In this document: one piece after another, positions 51,103 through 63,139 of the stretch
Layout of the letters: each line of letters opens with the position of its first letter
Position numbering within the stretch: the first letter of the stretch is position 1
Assembly (NCBI RefSeq): GCF_006345805.1
Contig: NC_042999.1
Span: 69,068,001-69,132,000 of the forward strand
DNA length: 64,000 nucleotides
Reading direction: 5' to 3'
From: Octopus sinensis
Taxonomy: Eukaryota
Program-made: the position numbers and the translations under genes
Notes under the pieces: model-generated
The model's input: the letters and a program-made list of their open reading frames with translations, nothing else
Databases searched by the model: none
Told to the model about the DNA's origin: nothing

Positions 51103-51325
51103 AAAGGCGGCGAGCTGGCAGAAACGCTAGCACGCTGCGTGAAATGCTTAGCGGTATTCCATCTGTCTTTACATTCTGAGTTCAAATTCTGCCGAGGTTG
51201 ACTTTGCCTTTCATTCTTTCGGGGTTGATAAATTAAGTACCAGTTGCGTACTGAGGTCAATCTAATCGACTGGCCCCCTCCCCCAAAATTTCGGGCCTTG
51301 TGCCTAGAATAAAAAAGATTATTAT
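51103..51325 (+). mobile_element. SINE family B (aaggcggcgagctggcagaa...gccttgtgcctagaat + (ATT)n)
   Basis: B-box-like gagttcaaattc. Copies at ~3255-3392(-), 23895-24070, 32245-32445(-), 34460-34700(-), 36350-36555, 46480-46660(-), 52125-52300(-), 52545-52715(-), 53500-53605. Confidence 0.8.
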
Positions 51326-51555
51326 TATTGCCATTATTATTATTATCATTATTATTATTATTATCATTAATATTATTATTATTATTGTCATTATTATTGT
51401 TGTCGTCGTCATCGTCATCATCATCATCATCATTGTCATTATTATTATTATTATTATTATTATCATTATTATTATCATTGTCATTATTATTAATGTAATT
51501 ATTATTATTATTATTATTATTATTTTCATTATTATTATTATGATTATTATTATTG
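51318..51555. repeat. (ATT)n/(ATC)n trinucleotide block
   Basis: Direct inspection; also (ATT)n at 51033-51100 and (GAT)n-rich 32445-32660. Confidence 0.95.
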
Positions 51556-51893
51556 TCGCATGGCTCAGTGGTTAGAGCGTCGAGCTTACGATCGTGAGGT
51601 TGTGAGCTCGAATCCCGGACCGGGCTGTGTGTTGTGTTCTTGGGCAAGGCACTTTATTTCACGTTGCTCCAGTTCACTCAGCTGTAGAAATGAGTTGCGA
51701 CGTCACTGGTACCAAGCTGTATCGACCTTTGTCTTTCCCTTGGATAACACTGGTGGCGTGGAGAGGGGAGGCTGGTATGCATGGGCGACTGCTGGTCTTC
51801 CATAAACAACCTTGCCCGGACTTGTGTCTAGGAGGGTAACTTTCTAGGTGCAATCCCATGGTCATTCATGATCGAAGGGGGTCTTTTACCTTT
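51555..51893 (+). mobile_element. tRNA-derived SINE family C with conserved central domain
   Basis: A box tggctcagtgg, B box gctcgaatcc, central cttgggcaaggcactttatttcac...ccagttcactcagctgt. Related heads at 6935-7255, 7555-7800, 22600-22940, 31565-31885. Confidence 0.8.
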
Positions 51894-52312
51894 ATTATTA
51901 TTATTATTATTATTACTGACAGTAAATCTCATCGACAAAATCATGAAGCAGGGAAATCAACAGGGTTTTATTTTCACTTGTTTTGGTTTTGTAAAAAAAT
52001 AAATAAATTGTTATTGATCTTTTGATTGCAAGATATCTGCTAGATTTGTATAGGTATTAAAATATTTTGTTCTCTTTTTTTGATTTGCAAGAGTCTTGGT
52101 GTGAATGACCCCCACTGAGATATATAAAAATTTTGGGAAGAAGGCCAGTCAAGTAGATCGACCCCAGTACACAACTGGTACTTAATTTATCTCCTCCCCA
52201 CCCCTGAAAGGATGAAAAGCAAAGTTAATGTCAACAGAATTTGAACTCAGAACGTAAAGCATTTTGCCCAGCTTGGTAACGTTTCTGCCAGCTCACTGCT
52301 GTTTTAAAACTC

Positions 52313-52541
52313 TTAACCCTTTCATTACTGTATCTATTTTGACATGCTCTGTGTTTCTTTCAATTATTTTAAATATAACAAAGAATTTAGTAAAATTATT
52401 TAGTTATCATTAAGTTAGTTTTAGGAACATAAATTGTGACTAAGGTTTGGTGGAAGATTTTAATTCAAAACTTATGAAAACAAGACATTTGTATTACAGA
52501 GCCACAGCCGGTTTCAGCCAGGTTGGTAACGAAAGGGTTAA
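52313..52541 (+). mobile_element. piggyBac-type MITE (TTAA flanks), same family as 39125
   Basis: TTAA-CCCTTTCATTAC...GTAACGAAAGGG-TTAA. Confidence 0.82.
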
Positions 52542-52824
52542 TATATTCTTCTCTATTCTAGGCACAAGGCCCAACATTTTGGGGAAGGAAGCTAGTCAAT
52601 TAGATTGACCTCAGTATGCAACTGGTACTTAATTTATCGACCCCGAGAACGTAAAGACAGACGAAATACTGCTAAGCATTTAGTCCAGCATGCTAACGTT
52701 TCTGCCAGCTCGTGATACTTTATGATCACCAGAGTTCTCTTTTTTATTAATATTAAGTGCGAGAGAGAAGGAAAGAGGAAGATAGCATGAGAGAGGGAGA
52801 GAGAGAAAGAGAGACTGTATGTAG

Positions 52825-52856
<32 letters not shown>

Positions 52857-55662
52857 CTGTATGAGAGAGAGAGGTAAGTGCAAGAGAGAAGGAAAGAAAA
52901 AGATAGCATGAGAGAGGGAGAGAGAAAAATAGCAGAAAAGAGAGAGAGAGGGAGGGAGACAGAGACAGTATGAGAGAGCAGTAAGTGCGAGCGAGAAGGA
53001 AATAGAAAGACAGCATGAGAGAGGGAGAGAGAGTCAGTATGAGAGACAGAGGTAGGGTATGAGTGAGAAGGAGAGAGAAAGACAGTAAGAGAGAGACAGA
53101 GAGATGTGTATGTGTGTAAATAAATAGATGGATACCAGCTCTCTGTCACAGTCATGTGTTGAAAGGGATTCTTTAAGGATTGAATTATTCACATGGGTAT
53201 TTCATTCATCATTCTTAAACAGAGACCTTTTGAGCAGCATGGCCCACTTGACCTGAAGGAAATTCTAACTGGGCCTCAGTTGCAAAAGCCATGTGCTGTT
53301 TATCTTGATATGAGGTCACCATATCATGCAGTTATGGTTGTGATACATGTGCCTGGTGTACCCTTATCAGACGGGTGGTCATGATGGGCATGTTAGGCTT
53401 CGTATATTTGTATCCCAGCATCACTTTGATGGCATAACCTCCTCTCTCACTCAATAATAGTACTAATAAAAAGAAAACCCTGGTGATGGCAAAGTATCAT
53501 GAGCTGGCAGAAGCGTTAGCACGCTGGGCAAAATACTTAGCAGTATTTTGCCTGTCTTTACGTTCTGAGTTCAAAATCCGCTGAGGTCGATTTTGCCTTT
53601 CAGCCAGGTTTCCTGACATATCTTAATATGTTGTCCAATATTTGCAAGCAAAAGGCTCCTTAACAGTGTTGCTTCTTTCCAGTTCTCCATAAAAACATGT
53701 CTGGGCTGATAGTTGTTCAAAAGACTGGGAGATAAGCTCACTTGGAAACAAATAGAGGTTGACAGCAGAAAGGGCATCCAGCCATAGAAAACACTTCCAT
53801 TTAAACATAGTCTTGTTTGATCCATGCAAACATGGAAAAGGAAGTATTAAAATGATGATGATGATGATGAACCTCATGCTGGCATGGGTTGGACGGTCTT
53901 ACTGAGAACTGGTGAGCCAGAGGCTGCACCAGGCTCAATCTGATCTGACAAAGTTTCTACAGCTGGATGCCCTTCCTAACACCAACCACTCCAAGAGTAT
54001 AGTAAATGCTTTTACGTGCCACTGGCACAAGGGCCAGTCAGGCGGTTCTGGCAACAACTACACTCAAAAGGTGTTTTTTACATGCTACCTGCACAGGGAC
54101 CAGTCCGGTGGCACTGGCAACAACCACGCTTGATGTTGTTTTTCACATGCCACCGGCACATATGCCGATAAGGCGATGCTGGTAATGATCACACTTAAAT
54201 GGAGCTTTTTACGTGCCACCATCACGGGAGCCAATCCGTGGCCCTGGCAACAATCACGCTTGGATGTGCTTTTAACGTTCCACTGGCACAAGTGCCAATC
54301 AGAAGAAGAAAAAAAAGCTGCAAACCATCTAAATACTCAGTACCATCTTGGCACCCTCTTAACATTCCCTGCACCTTGGGTGGAGGGAAGCTTCCAGCAC
54401 CTACCTTACTGTTGCCTGGATTCAATAACAGTTAAGCTTCGAGTCATAACAACAGAGCTATTTTGATGCTGGAATGTGAAGAAATAAATCTTGCAAGTGA
54501 GAGGCATCAACTGCTACAACCAACCATCCAACCCACCGACTGACCAACCGACAATCCAAGTTTTAATCCTCACTTTTAGATTGTAACAACAACAACAACA
54601 AAAGAGAATATTACAAAACAGGCTGTTGAAGATAGAAACATAACTTTCACTACAGGAACAGATTGTGGGCCAAGCGTTATTATCATCATTATTATTGTTG
54701 TTGCTGTTATTATTATTATTGTTATTGTTGTTATTATTATTTGACATTTGATAGTTTCAGGCAAATTCCTATTGCATCACCTGCTACACCTCTGTGTTGC
54801 TAAGGTGAATGCAGTATTCTTTTTTTTTCTGGTTTTTGTTGGGGGAGTACAAACTCTTCCTGGTGTTGTGTTGCATGCGTTTGTTTTGTTACAGGGTTTG
54901 GCTTGGGTCTTTAGTTTTATTAGTGTGTGTAATATGAGTTATGTTCCTCTGTTAGATATCCAACCTGTATCATTACTACTACTACTACTACTTATATCGT
55001 CCCCAACATTTTTGTAAACCCTTAGTGGTAAATAATGAAAGCATTTTATTATTATTGAGTGAGAGAGCAGTACATGCCATCAAAGTGACACTGGGGTACA
55101 AATACAAAAGGTCTAATATACCCATCATGACTATCCGTCTGATAAGGGTACACCAGGCACATACACCACAACCATATGTGCACGAACATGAAGATCTTAT
55201 ATCAAAATAAACAGCGCATGACCTTGCTGGTGGGGCCCAGTTAGAGTTACTATTATCATCACCATTATCATTATTATTATTGTTGTTGTTGTTGTTGTTA
55301 TTATTATTACTATTTTTGCACAGCTTCTAATGCTGGAGATGTATTACAGTGTCAGCTGTTCACCTACCAGTGAACTAAGGTAACACCTCTTATTTTTCCA
55401 GCACCTTCCGGATTATTATTATTATTATATTATTATTATTATTATTATTTTTATCTGTAAACATTGGTTTATAAACTAAATGCTAGCCCACATGTCGAAA
55501 AGATATGATGTTTTACTGACTGTGTATAAAAATAAATAGCTGAGAAACATGGGAGAAATAGATGAGATAAAAATAGCTCTGGAGTGAATGAGTTGCACAT
55601 TCGGAATACATACATACATATATAGATACATACATACATATATACATACATACATACATACA

Positions 55663-55696
<34 letters not shown>

Positions 55697-55803
55697 CATA
55701 TATATATTTATATACACATGTGTAATTTACTAAAAAGTATTTTGTAATCCTTCAGCTTAATGCTAAATTGTTTTCATATGAAAGTTGACATAAAAATAAG
55801 CAT

Positions 55804-55874
<71 letters not shown>

Positions 55875-56907
55875 CAGATAGATAGATACATATATGAGCT
55901 GGCTGACAGGCTCCCCATGTGGAACGTAAAAAGCACCATCCAAACGTGGTCAATGTCAGCCCCCTTACCCTGACTGGCTCCTGTGCCAGTGGAATGTAAA
56001 AAGCACCCACTACACTCTCAGAGTGCTTGGCGTTAGGAAGGGTATCTGGCTGTAAAATCCTTGCTAAGTCAGATCGGAACCCCCTGGCATACCAGTTTTC
56101 AATCAAATTATCCAACCCATGCCAGCATGGAAAGCAGACGTTAAATGATGATCATGATGATGATGATGATGATGATGATGCATGTGTGGAAAGAAATTTG
56201 CTTCCCAGCCCACATGGTTTTAGGTTCAGTCCTACTGAACTACAGCCTTGTGAGTAGATGGAAACTGAAAGAAGCCCATGGCATGTGTGTGTCTTTGTGC
56301 CTATGTTTGTCCTCCACCACTGCTCGGCAACCAGTGTTGGTGGTGAGCTTATGTTACCATAACTTAGCAGATTGATAAATAAGTACCGGATTGATTTGTT
56401 CAACTAAAATTCTTCAAGGCAGAGCCCCAGCATGGCCACAGACTAATGATTGAAACAAGGATAGAAGAGATGTACAATATATCATCACCATCATTTAATG
56501 ACTGTTTTCCATACACGCACACACATATATATGTAACTGTAACTATATATATATATATATATCAATATATATCCGAACATGGTCGATGCCAGTGTCCCCT
56601 GACTGGCTACTGTACTGGTAGCACATAAAAAGCACCCACTACACTCTCAGAGTGGTTGGCATTAGGAAGTGCTTCCAGCTGTAGAAACTTTGCCAGATCA
56701 GATTGGAGCCTGGTGCAGCCTCCTGGCTGTCCAGACCTCAGTCAAACTGTCCAACCCATGCCAGCATGAAAAACGGACGTTAAACGATGATGATGATATA
56801 TATATATATACATGTATATATATATATATATATATGTAGCGGGTAATTCAATCTGGTCGTGTGCATACGTGGATATATATGTATGTATATGTTTGTATAT
56901 GTAAGTA

Positions 56908-57301
56908 CTAGCAGTATCGCCCGGCGTTGCTTGGGTTGTAAGGGAAATAACTATATAAGCATTTTTAGAGAGTTATAGCCAAAAAATAGCAAAAAATGCA
57001 TTAAAAATTGAAAAAAAATTAAGGTAAATTTTTTTTTAAATCATTGACACATCGTAGATATTTTTAGAGAGTTACTTCCCTTATATAAAAGCGAAAAAAA
57101 TGCATTAAAATGGAAAAATATGATGGTAAATTTTTTTTAAATCGTAGACTCATCGTAGACGCACGCTAATACCCAGAAGGGCTCGATATGAATCACGACT
57201 ATAAGATACCCGCTTTTGGTTAAACTGCACCGCAAAATGTGGGAGTAGTTAGGAATCTAAATCGTAGGAGACAGACACACAACTTCACTCTTATATAAAG
57301 A
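56908..57301 (-). mobile_element. Non-autonomous Helitron
   Basis: Minus strand starts A^TCTTTATATAAG and ends with hairpin CCCAAGCAACGCCGGG...CTAG^T (A/T target, no TSD). Confidence 0.8.
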
Positions 57302-57304
57302 TGC

Positions 57305-57631
57305 TTTTTTTTTTCAGTCACAGAGTTAGATTTATGAAGGTCTTCAGTAGAAAATCCTTTGAATTCTGACTCGCTGCTTGATATAATGAAATTCGTATCC
57401 ATTTTTTGTCAGAATTACAAATTTTGAAAACACAATAGGAACAAATTTCGGAAAAAAATCTCCCATAATTCACGGAATTAAAATTACACTTCGATTTTTG
57501 TACAAAACTGTAGTTGAAGTGTTTACGAAGTATAATACATGTTTTCACGAATGTACTAAAGAGATTTGCTCTGATATTCTCATTTAAATATGAATAGGTA
57601 AATTCGGGCGGCTTGGTAACGAAAGGGTTAA
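57305..57631 (-). mobile_element. piggyBac-like transposon 5' end with start of the transposase ORF
   Basis: TTAA-CCCTTTCGTTACCAAGCCG terminus, then acidic N-terminus MDTNFIISSSESEFKGFSTEDL. Confidence 0.6.
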
Positions 57632-57650
57632 ACGGATGCATACATTTATT

Positions 57651-58522
57651 AATCTCTTATTATAATAACTATATATAAGTGTCGTCTGTTTATACATAAA
57701 CACTGTTTCATACTGCAATTATATATACATATATCTATATATAATATTATATAATGAAATATATACAGAGTAAAATAAAAACCAATTTACCTTTTCTGTC
57801 CGTCCGTGTGTCTTTGCAAATGTGTTGGAATGATAAGTGAGTTGTGTTTTGGTGCCTTTTTTACTAATAACAAACACACACGTGTTTGTATGTAGTTGTA
57901 TGTGTATGTAGTTGTATGTAGTTGTATATGTATGTGTATGCGTGTGTGTGAGGAATGACACACACACACTCACGCACGCACACATGTACATCAATGCTTT
58001 CTGAGTGATATGTTAAAATATTGAGTTTTCTCGAATTTTGTCTTAATTGGTGGTAAAATTGAAAGAAATTTTTTATGGCATCACCCACTGAAGTACTCTG
58101 AAAAATCATGGGTACACTCTAATTGAAGAAATTGTGTGAGGAGTAAATCGTTATGTATTTATTTGTTTCTGTTTGCTGTGTTTCTTTATTTTTTGAGTAG
58201 TGGTTTAAATACTTTCAGTTTAGTCTTCCTCAAATCATTCTGTCGCTATTTACTTTCATTTAATTCGTTGCACACTGTGTGTGTGCGTTTGCGTGTGCTG
58301 TAAACCAGACTAAGAAAAGCATTTGACATACACACCAGAATGTGAGTTTTCTGTAAATTTTGCTTAATTGGAGTTTACATTTTAAAAACTGGACCTGGCA
58401 TGACCCGATGCATTCTACTCTTAAAAATGCTAGGTAAATTGTAATTGAAGAAATCCTATATTGTAGATTTCTATAACTCCCAAAGGGAGGCAGATAAAAT
58501 CTGCCTTTTATAATAAGAGATT
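57651..58522. mobile_element. ~870-bp element bounded by 14-bp inverted ends aatctcttattata
   Basis: aatctcttattata at 57651 and tataataagagatt at 58509-58522; internal (TG)/(CA) tracts. Confidence 0.55.
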
Positions 58523-59765
58523 CATATGTTGCATATATATATATAGGCCCATGACCATAGGGCGTAGTGGTTAAGAGTGCAGGCTACTAACCCCAAGATT
58601 CTGTGTTCGATTCCAGGCAGTGACCTGAATAATAACAATAATAACAACAATAGGCATAGGAGTGGCTGTATTGTAAGTAGCTTGCTTACGAACCAAAGCA
58701 TTTCTTATGCAGAGCCAGATCCAAGATCTGGAATTATCCAGTAATTTTTTTGCTAGTTTATTTTGTCTTTTTGTCTTCCTAGTGCTGTATGAACATTTAA
58801 TGTGGTTTTAGAGTCGAGTTTTGATTGCTATATCTAGCATGGTGGTATCTCATAGATACCCTTAATTATAATTTTATATATATATATCAAATATAGATTA
58901 AAAACAGAACACAATATTTGATATATTCTCTCACCTCTGCCACTATCTGGCATATACAGGTGCTTACACTTATCAAGTATTCACTTTAAATTTACAGTAC
59001 CTACTATATATATATATGTGTGTCACTATATCACTATATATATATTTCACACACATATGTATGTATGTGTATATATCATCATCATTTAACATCCATTGTC
59101 TAGCCGGGCAAGCTTAGGTTCTCCCTGAACAGGACACCCATCTGTTACAGGGGTGACCCCATTTACAGTTGAGTGAACTGGAGCAATGTGACATAGTGTT
59201 TTGTTCAAGACTACAATGTACAGCTGGTCTGAGAATTGAAACCATCATGGGCGCAACATGCCTGACCATTATTCCAGACAGACAGATTTTATTTTTTAAT
59301 GACCCTCTCCAGATACAACAATATATATTATGGATATATCTATGTATATATGCTTCTATGAGTATGTATGTCAACAAAAAGGGCCACTCACTTCTATTCC
59401 AAACAGAAAGAAAGGGACTTAGTAAAACAGTCAGACCACCCTCACCATCTGGAAACTGTGTTTTAGAGAATCATTCTTTGGTAGAATTTTCCATATCTGA
59501 CTCTGGCCATATTCTTTTCTATTTTTATTTTAAACGAAACTCTTTTACTTTTTTACTTGCTTCAGTCATTTGACTGTGGCCATGCTGGAACACCACCTTT
59601 AGTTGAACGAATTAGCCCCAGGACTAATCCTTTGTAAGCCTAGTATTTATACTATTGGTCTCTTTTGCTGAACTGCTAAGTTATGGGGACGTAAACACAC
59701 CAACATCAGTTGTCAAGAGATGGTGGGGGACAAACACAGACACAAAAACATACATACACACATAC

Positions 59766-59810
<45 letters not shown>

Positions 59811-60419
59811 TATAGATATATACATATATATATATATATATTAAATGTCTCCACTGTCATTTCCTTGTTCGACCCTCCATAAATCCTAAATTTTATTTTA
59901 GAATTTATGGGAGCAACTGTCTTTGAAGACTCATATTGTCGTTGAATGCTTGAAATGAGGAGTAGATAGACAGCCGAAAACTGATGAAGGGTCCTTTCTC
60001 TGTGTTAACGTGTCCTGTTTTCCATTTTCTTTCGTTGTTCACATACTTCACTCATTTTTCCTTCATTTGTTTACGTATTTCATGCTATTTGCACCATTGG
60101 TGACGTCCTGCACCCATATATGCATGTATATATATATATATCATCATCATCATCATCATATATATGTTATATATATTATATATTATTTATTATTATATAT
60201 AGGCTTATTATATACAGGCTTCTTTCAGTTTCCATCTACGAAATCTACTCACAAGGCTTTGGTCAGCCTGAGTCTATAGCAGAAGATACTTGTCCAAGGT
60301 GCCATGCAGTAGGATTGAACCTGGGAATCTCACATGTGTTTGGGAAGCCAACTTGTTACCACACAACCTGTGCCTATGAATATCATTAAAGAGAATGTTC
60401 TTTGTTACTTCATTTTTTT

Positions 60420-60810
60420 CTAGGAAGAAGGAAGGAATGGAAGAAAGAAAGAAAGAAAGGAATGAAAGAAAGGAACGATTGAACGAACGAAGAAAGAAAG
60501 GAAGAAAAAGAAAGGAAGGAAGAAAGAAAGAAAGGAAGGAAGGAGGAAAAAAGGAATGAATGAACGAACGAAGAAAAAGGATGGAAGAAAGAATTAAAAA
60601 GGAAGAAAGAAAGAAAGAAGAAAGAAAGGAAGGAAAAGAAAAGAAGAGGAAAAAAAGAAAAAAGAAACGAAGAAACGAAGGAAGATAGAAGAAAGAAAGG
60701 AAGGAAGGAAGAAAGGAAAGGAAAAAGAAAGAAAGAATGAAAAAGGAGAGGAAAAGCAAAGGAAAGAAGAGAGGAAGAAAGAAAGAAAGGAATGTAAAAA
60801 AGGAAGAACA
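60420..60810. repeat. Polypurine (GAAA/GGAA) low-complexity tract
   Basis: Direct inspection. Confidence 0.92.
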
Positions 60811-61896
60811 GTTTTGGATGGAGATTTATCTCGTGTGTGTGTGTGTGTGTGTGGCATCACAAATATACTTAGCTTTCCTTCTATAATCAACAGAGAACAG
60901 GAGCTGAAGAAGAGAGAAGCTGTGTGTGTGTGGGGGGCATTGCTTAATGTCTATTTTCCATGCTGGCATGGGTTGGTCGGTTTGACTTGGGTCTGGGAAG
61001 CCAGGAGGCTGCACCAGGCTCAAGTCTGATCTGGCAGCATTTCTACAGCTGGATGCCCTTCCTAACACCAACCACTCTGAGAGTATAGTGGGTGCTCTTT
61101 ACGTACCACCAGCACAGAGGCCACACGGAGCTGGCATTGGCCACATTCAGATGGTGCTTTTTATGTGCCACTGGCACGGGGATCACAACTACAATTTCCA
61201 TTTGATTTTGATGTGCTTGACTCAAAAGGTCACCTTGGAATTTATGAATATTTAATACATCGCGATGCGCGTTTCCACAAATCAAATGACTTTAACATCA
61301 AAGTCCAGATCCTTGGGATGCTTACAGTATGGTCCACAGTATCTAGGGGATACTGCATCATTGGAGGAATTACAGAGGGACGGTTATCCCTTCTTGCCAG
61401 AATGAAGGCCAATCTAAATGAAGCAATGATGATGATCAACTGGATACCCATGGATACTACAGTCTATACTGTACTCATCCCACGGATACAGACTCTGATA
61501 TTAAAGTCACGTGATTTGTGGAAACACATGTAGTGATATATTATATTAAATATTTATAAATTTCATCCCAGAATTATTGTTATCATTGTGTGTGTGTGTG
61601 TGTGTGTGCGTGTGTGTGTGTGTGTGTGCATGTGTTTGTGTGTGTTTGTGTATGTGTGTGTGTGTATACATGTATGTGTTTTTATGTATCCTAGTCTAGA
61701 CATCACATGATATGGTTATCAACAAACTTCACTGTCATAAAAGTGGTCGTATCCATTTCCAGTCTTCTGTGAAAAACATGTCTGGTCTTTAAAGAATAAT
61801 ATTTTGCCTAGGAAAATCCGTCTCACTCAATTCCATCAGAGCCATTCAAGTATGGAAGAGCAGACATCAAATAAATGGTAATGATTACAATATATA

Positions 61897-62772
61897 CATG
61901 GTCTGATCAATAAGTGTCCAGACTGTTGTCATGGGAATGAAGCTAAAGCACTCAGAGTGAAGCTGCTTTGCAAAGATTGACCTTAAACTCTGCTATGCAT
62001 ACACACTAAGTTTTAATATTGTAGCTCACTTCTGCTGTTTACAGGAGTGCTTGGAAGGAAGGTGTGTAGCGTGTGATCATCGCATTGACCATGACAGTGT
62101 GAGCAGAGAATCTGCATCAAATTTTGCAAAAAGCTTGGAGATACCTGCTCCGAGGCCTACACAAAGCTTTCAAAATGTTTTCATCATTCTTGATGCAATC
62201 AAGATCTTGCGCAACTGAAACCTGAGTGTCAGCTGAAAGCAGTTTTGGCATAAACTTGGCAAACACACTTCTCATACCCAAATCTTCAGTGATAATGAGC
62301 TGAACTGAACCATAACTAATCAGCATATCCTCTGATAACTCACAGATGGTGATTCAATGATTTCCCCTCGCAGCTGCTCGCACATCTGTGATGTTTTTCT
62401 CAGTTCTGCTGGCTGCAGGTCTCTCAGAACATTCGTCAATATTGACATATTTTCAGCCATCTTGGAAACGTCTGAACCACTTGTACACTTGTGGGTGACT
62501 CATACACTCCTCTCCATACACTTTCTTCAACTTTGCATAGGCTTCTGAGCAGGTATCGCTATGACAACGCTCTTTGTCATAGTATGTGATGATTACATGC
62601 TACACACCTTCCTTCCAAGCACTGCTGTAAACAAGGGAAGTGAATTAGAACATTAAAACTTTGTGCGCATGCACAACAGAGTTCAAGGTCAATCTTTTCC
62701 AAGCAACTTCACTCTGCGTGCTTTAGTTTCATTACTATGGCAACAGTCCGGATACTTATTGATCAGATCTCA
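61897..62772. mobile_element. Mariner derivative built from two inverted 5' ends
   Basis: 61897-62170 (+) and ~62530-62772 (-) are homologous 5' ends (ctgatcaataagt.tcc.gactgttg). The middle (-) encodes IITEDLGMRSVFAKFMPKLLS. Confidence 0.82.
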
Positions 62773-63139
62773 TATCTGGAGCAATCTGAAATGTATTTTG
62801 AAAAACACAATGTGCCACTCAGTCCAGGAATCGAATCCATGATTGCTACATCATGAGTGAAACACCCTAACCACTAGGCCATGCACCTTCAACTTTAAAG
62901 ATAATCTGGAACTCGACTGATGAAAGAAAACTCCGAATGATCTGTCTTTGTTTTTTCTTGTCCCTTTTTTGTATTCTTTCATATATATATATAATTATAA
63001 CTTAGGGTATCTATAATTATAATTTTAATGATAATTATTACCTTTGAAGGTTTTTATTTCCATGCTAGCCACTTGATAATTTAAATCAACAATCTTATCC
63101 TTATTTATATAAATATATATCTATATATATATTTATACT

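Noticed and set aside
51555-51630. tRNA-like sequences (also 43858, 41478, 58553)
   Set aside because: A/B boxes continue into SINE bodies or tails and acceptor stems are not intact; these are SINE heads, not tRNA genes.
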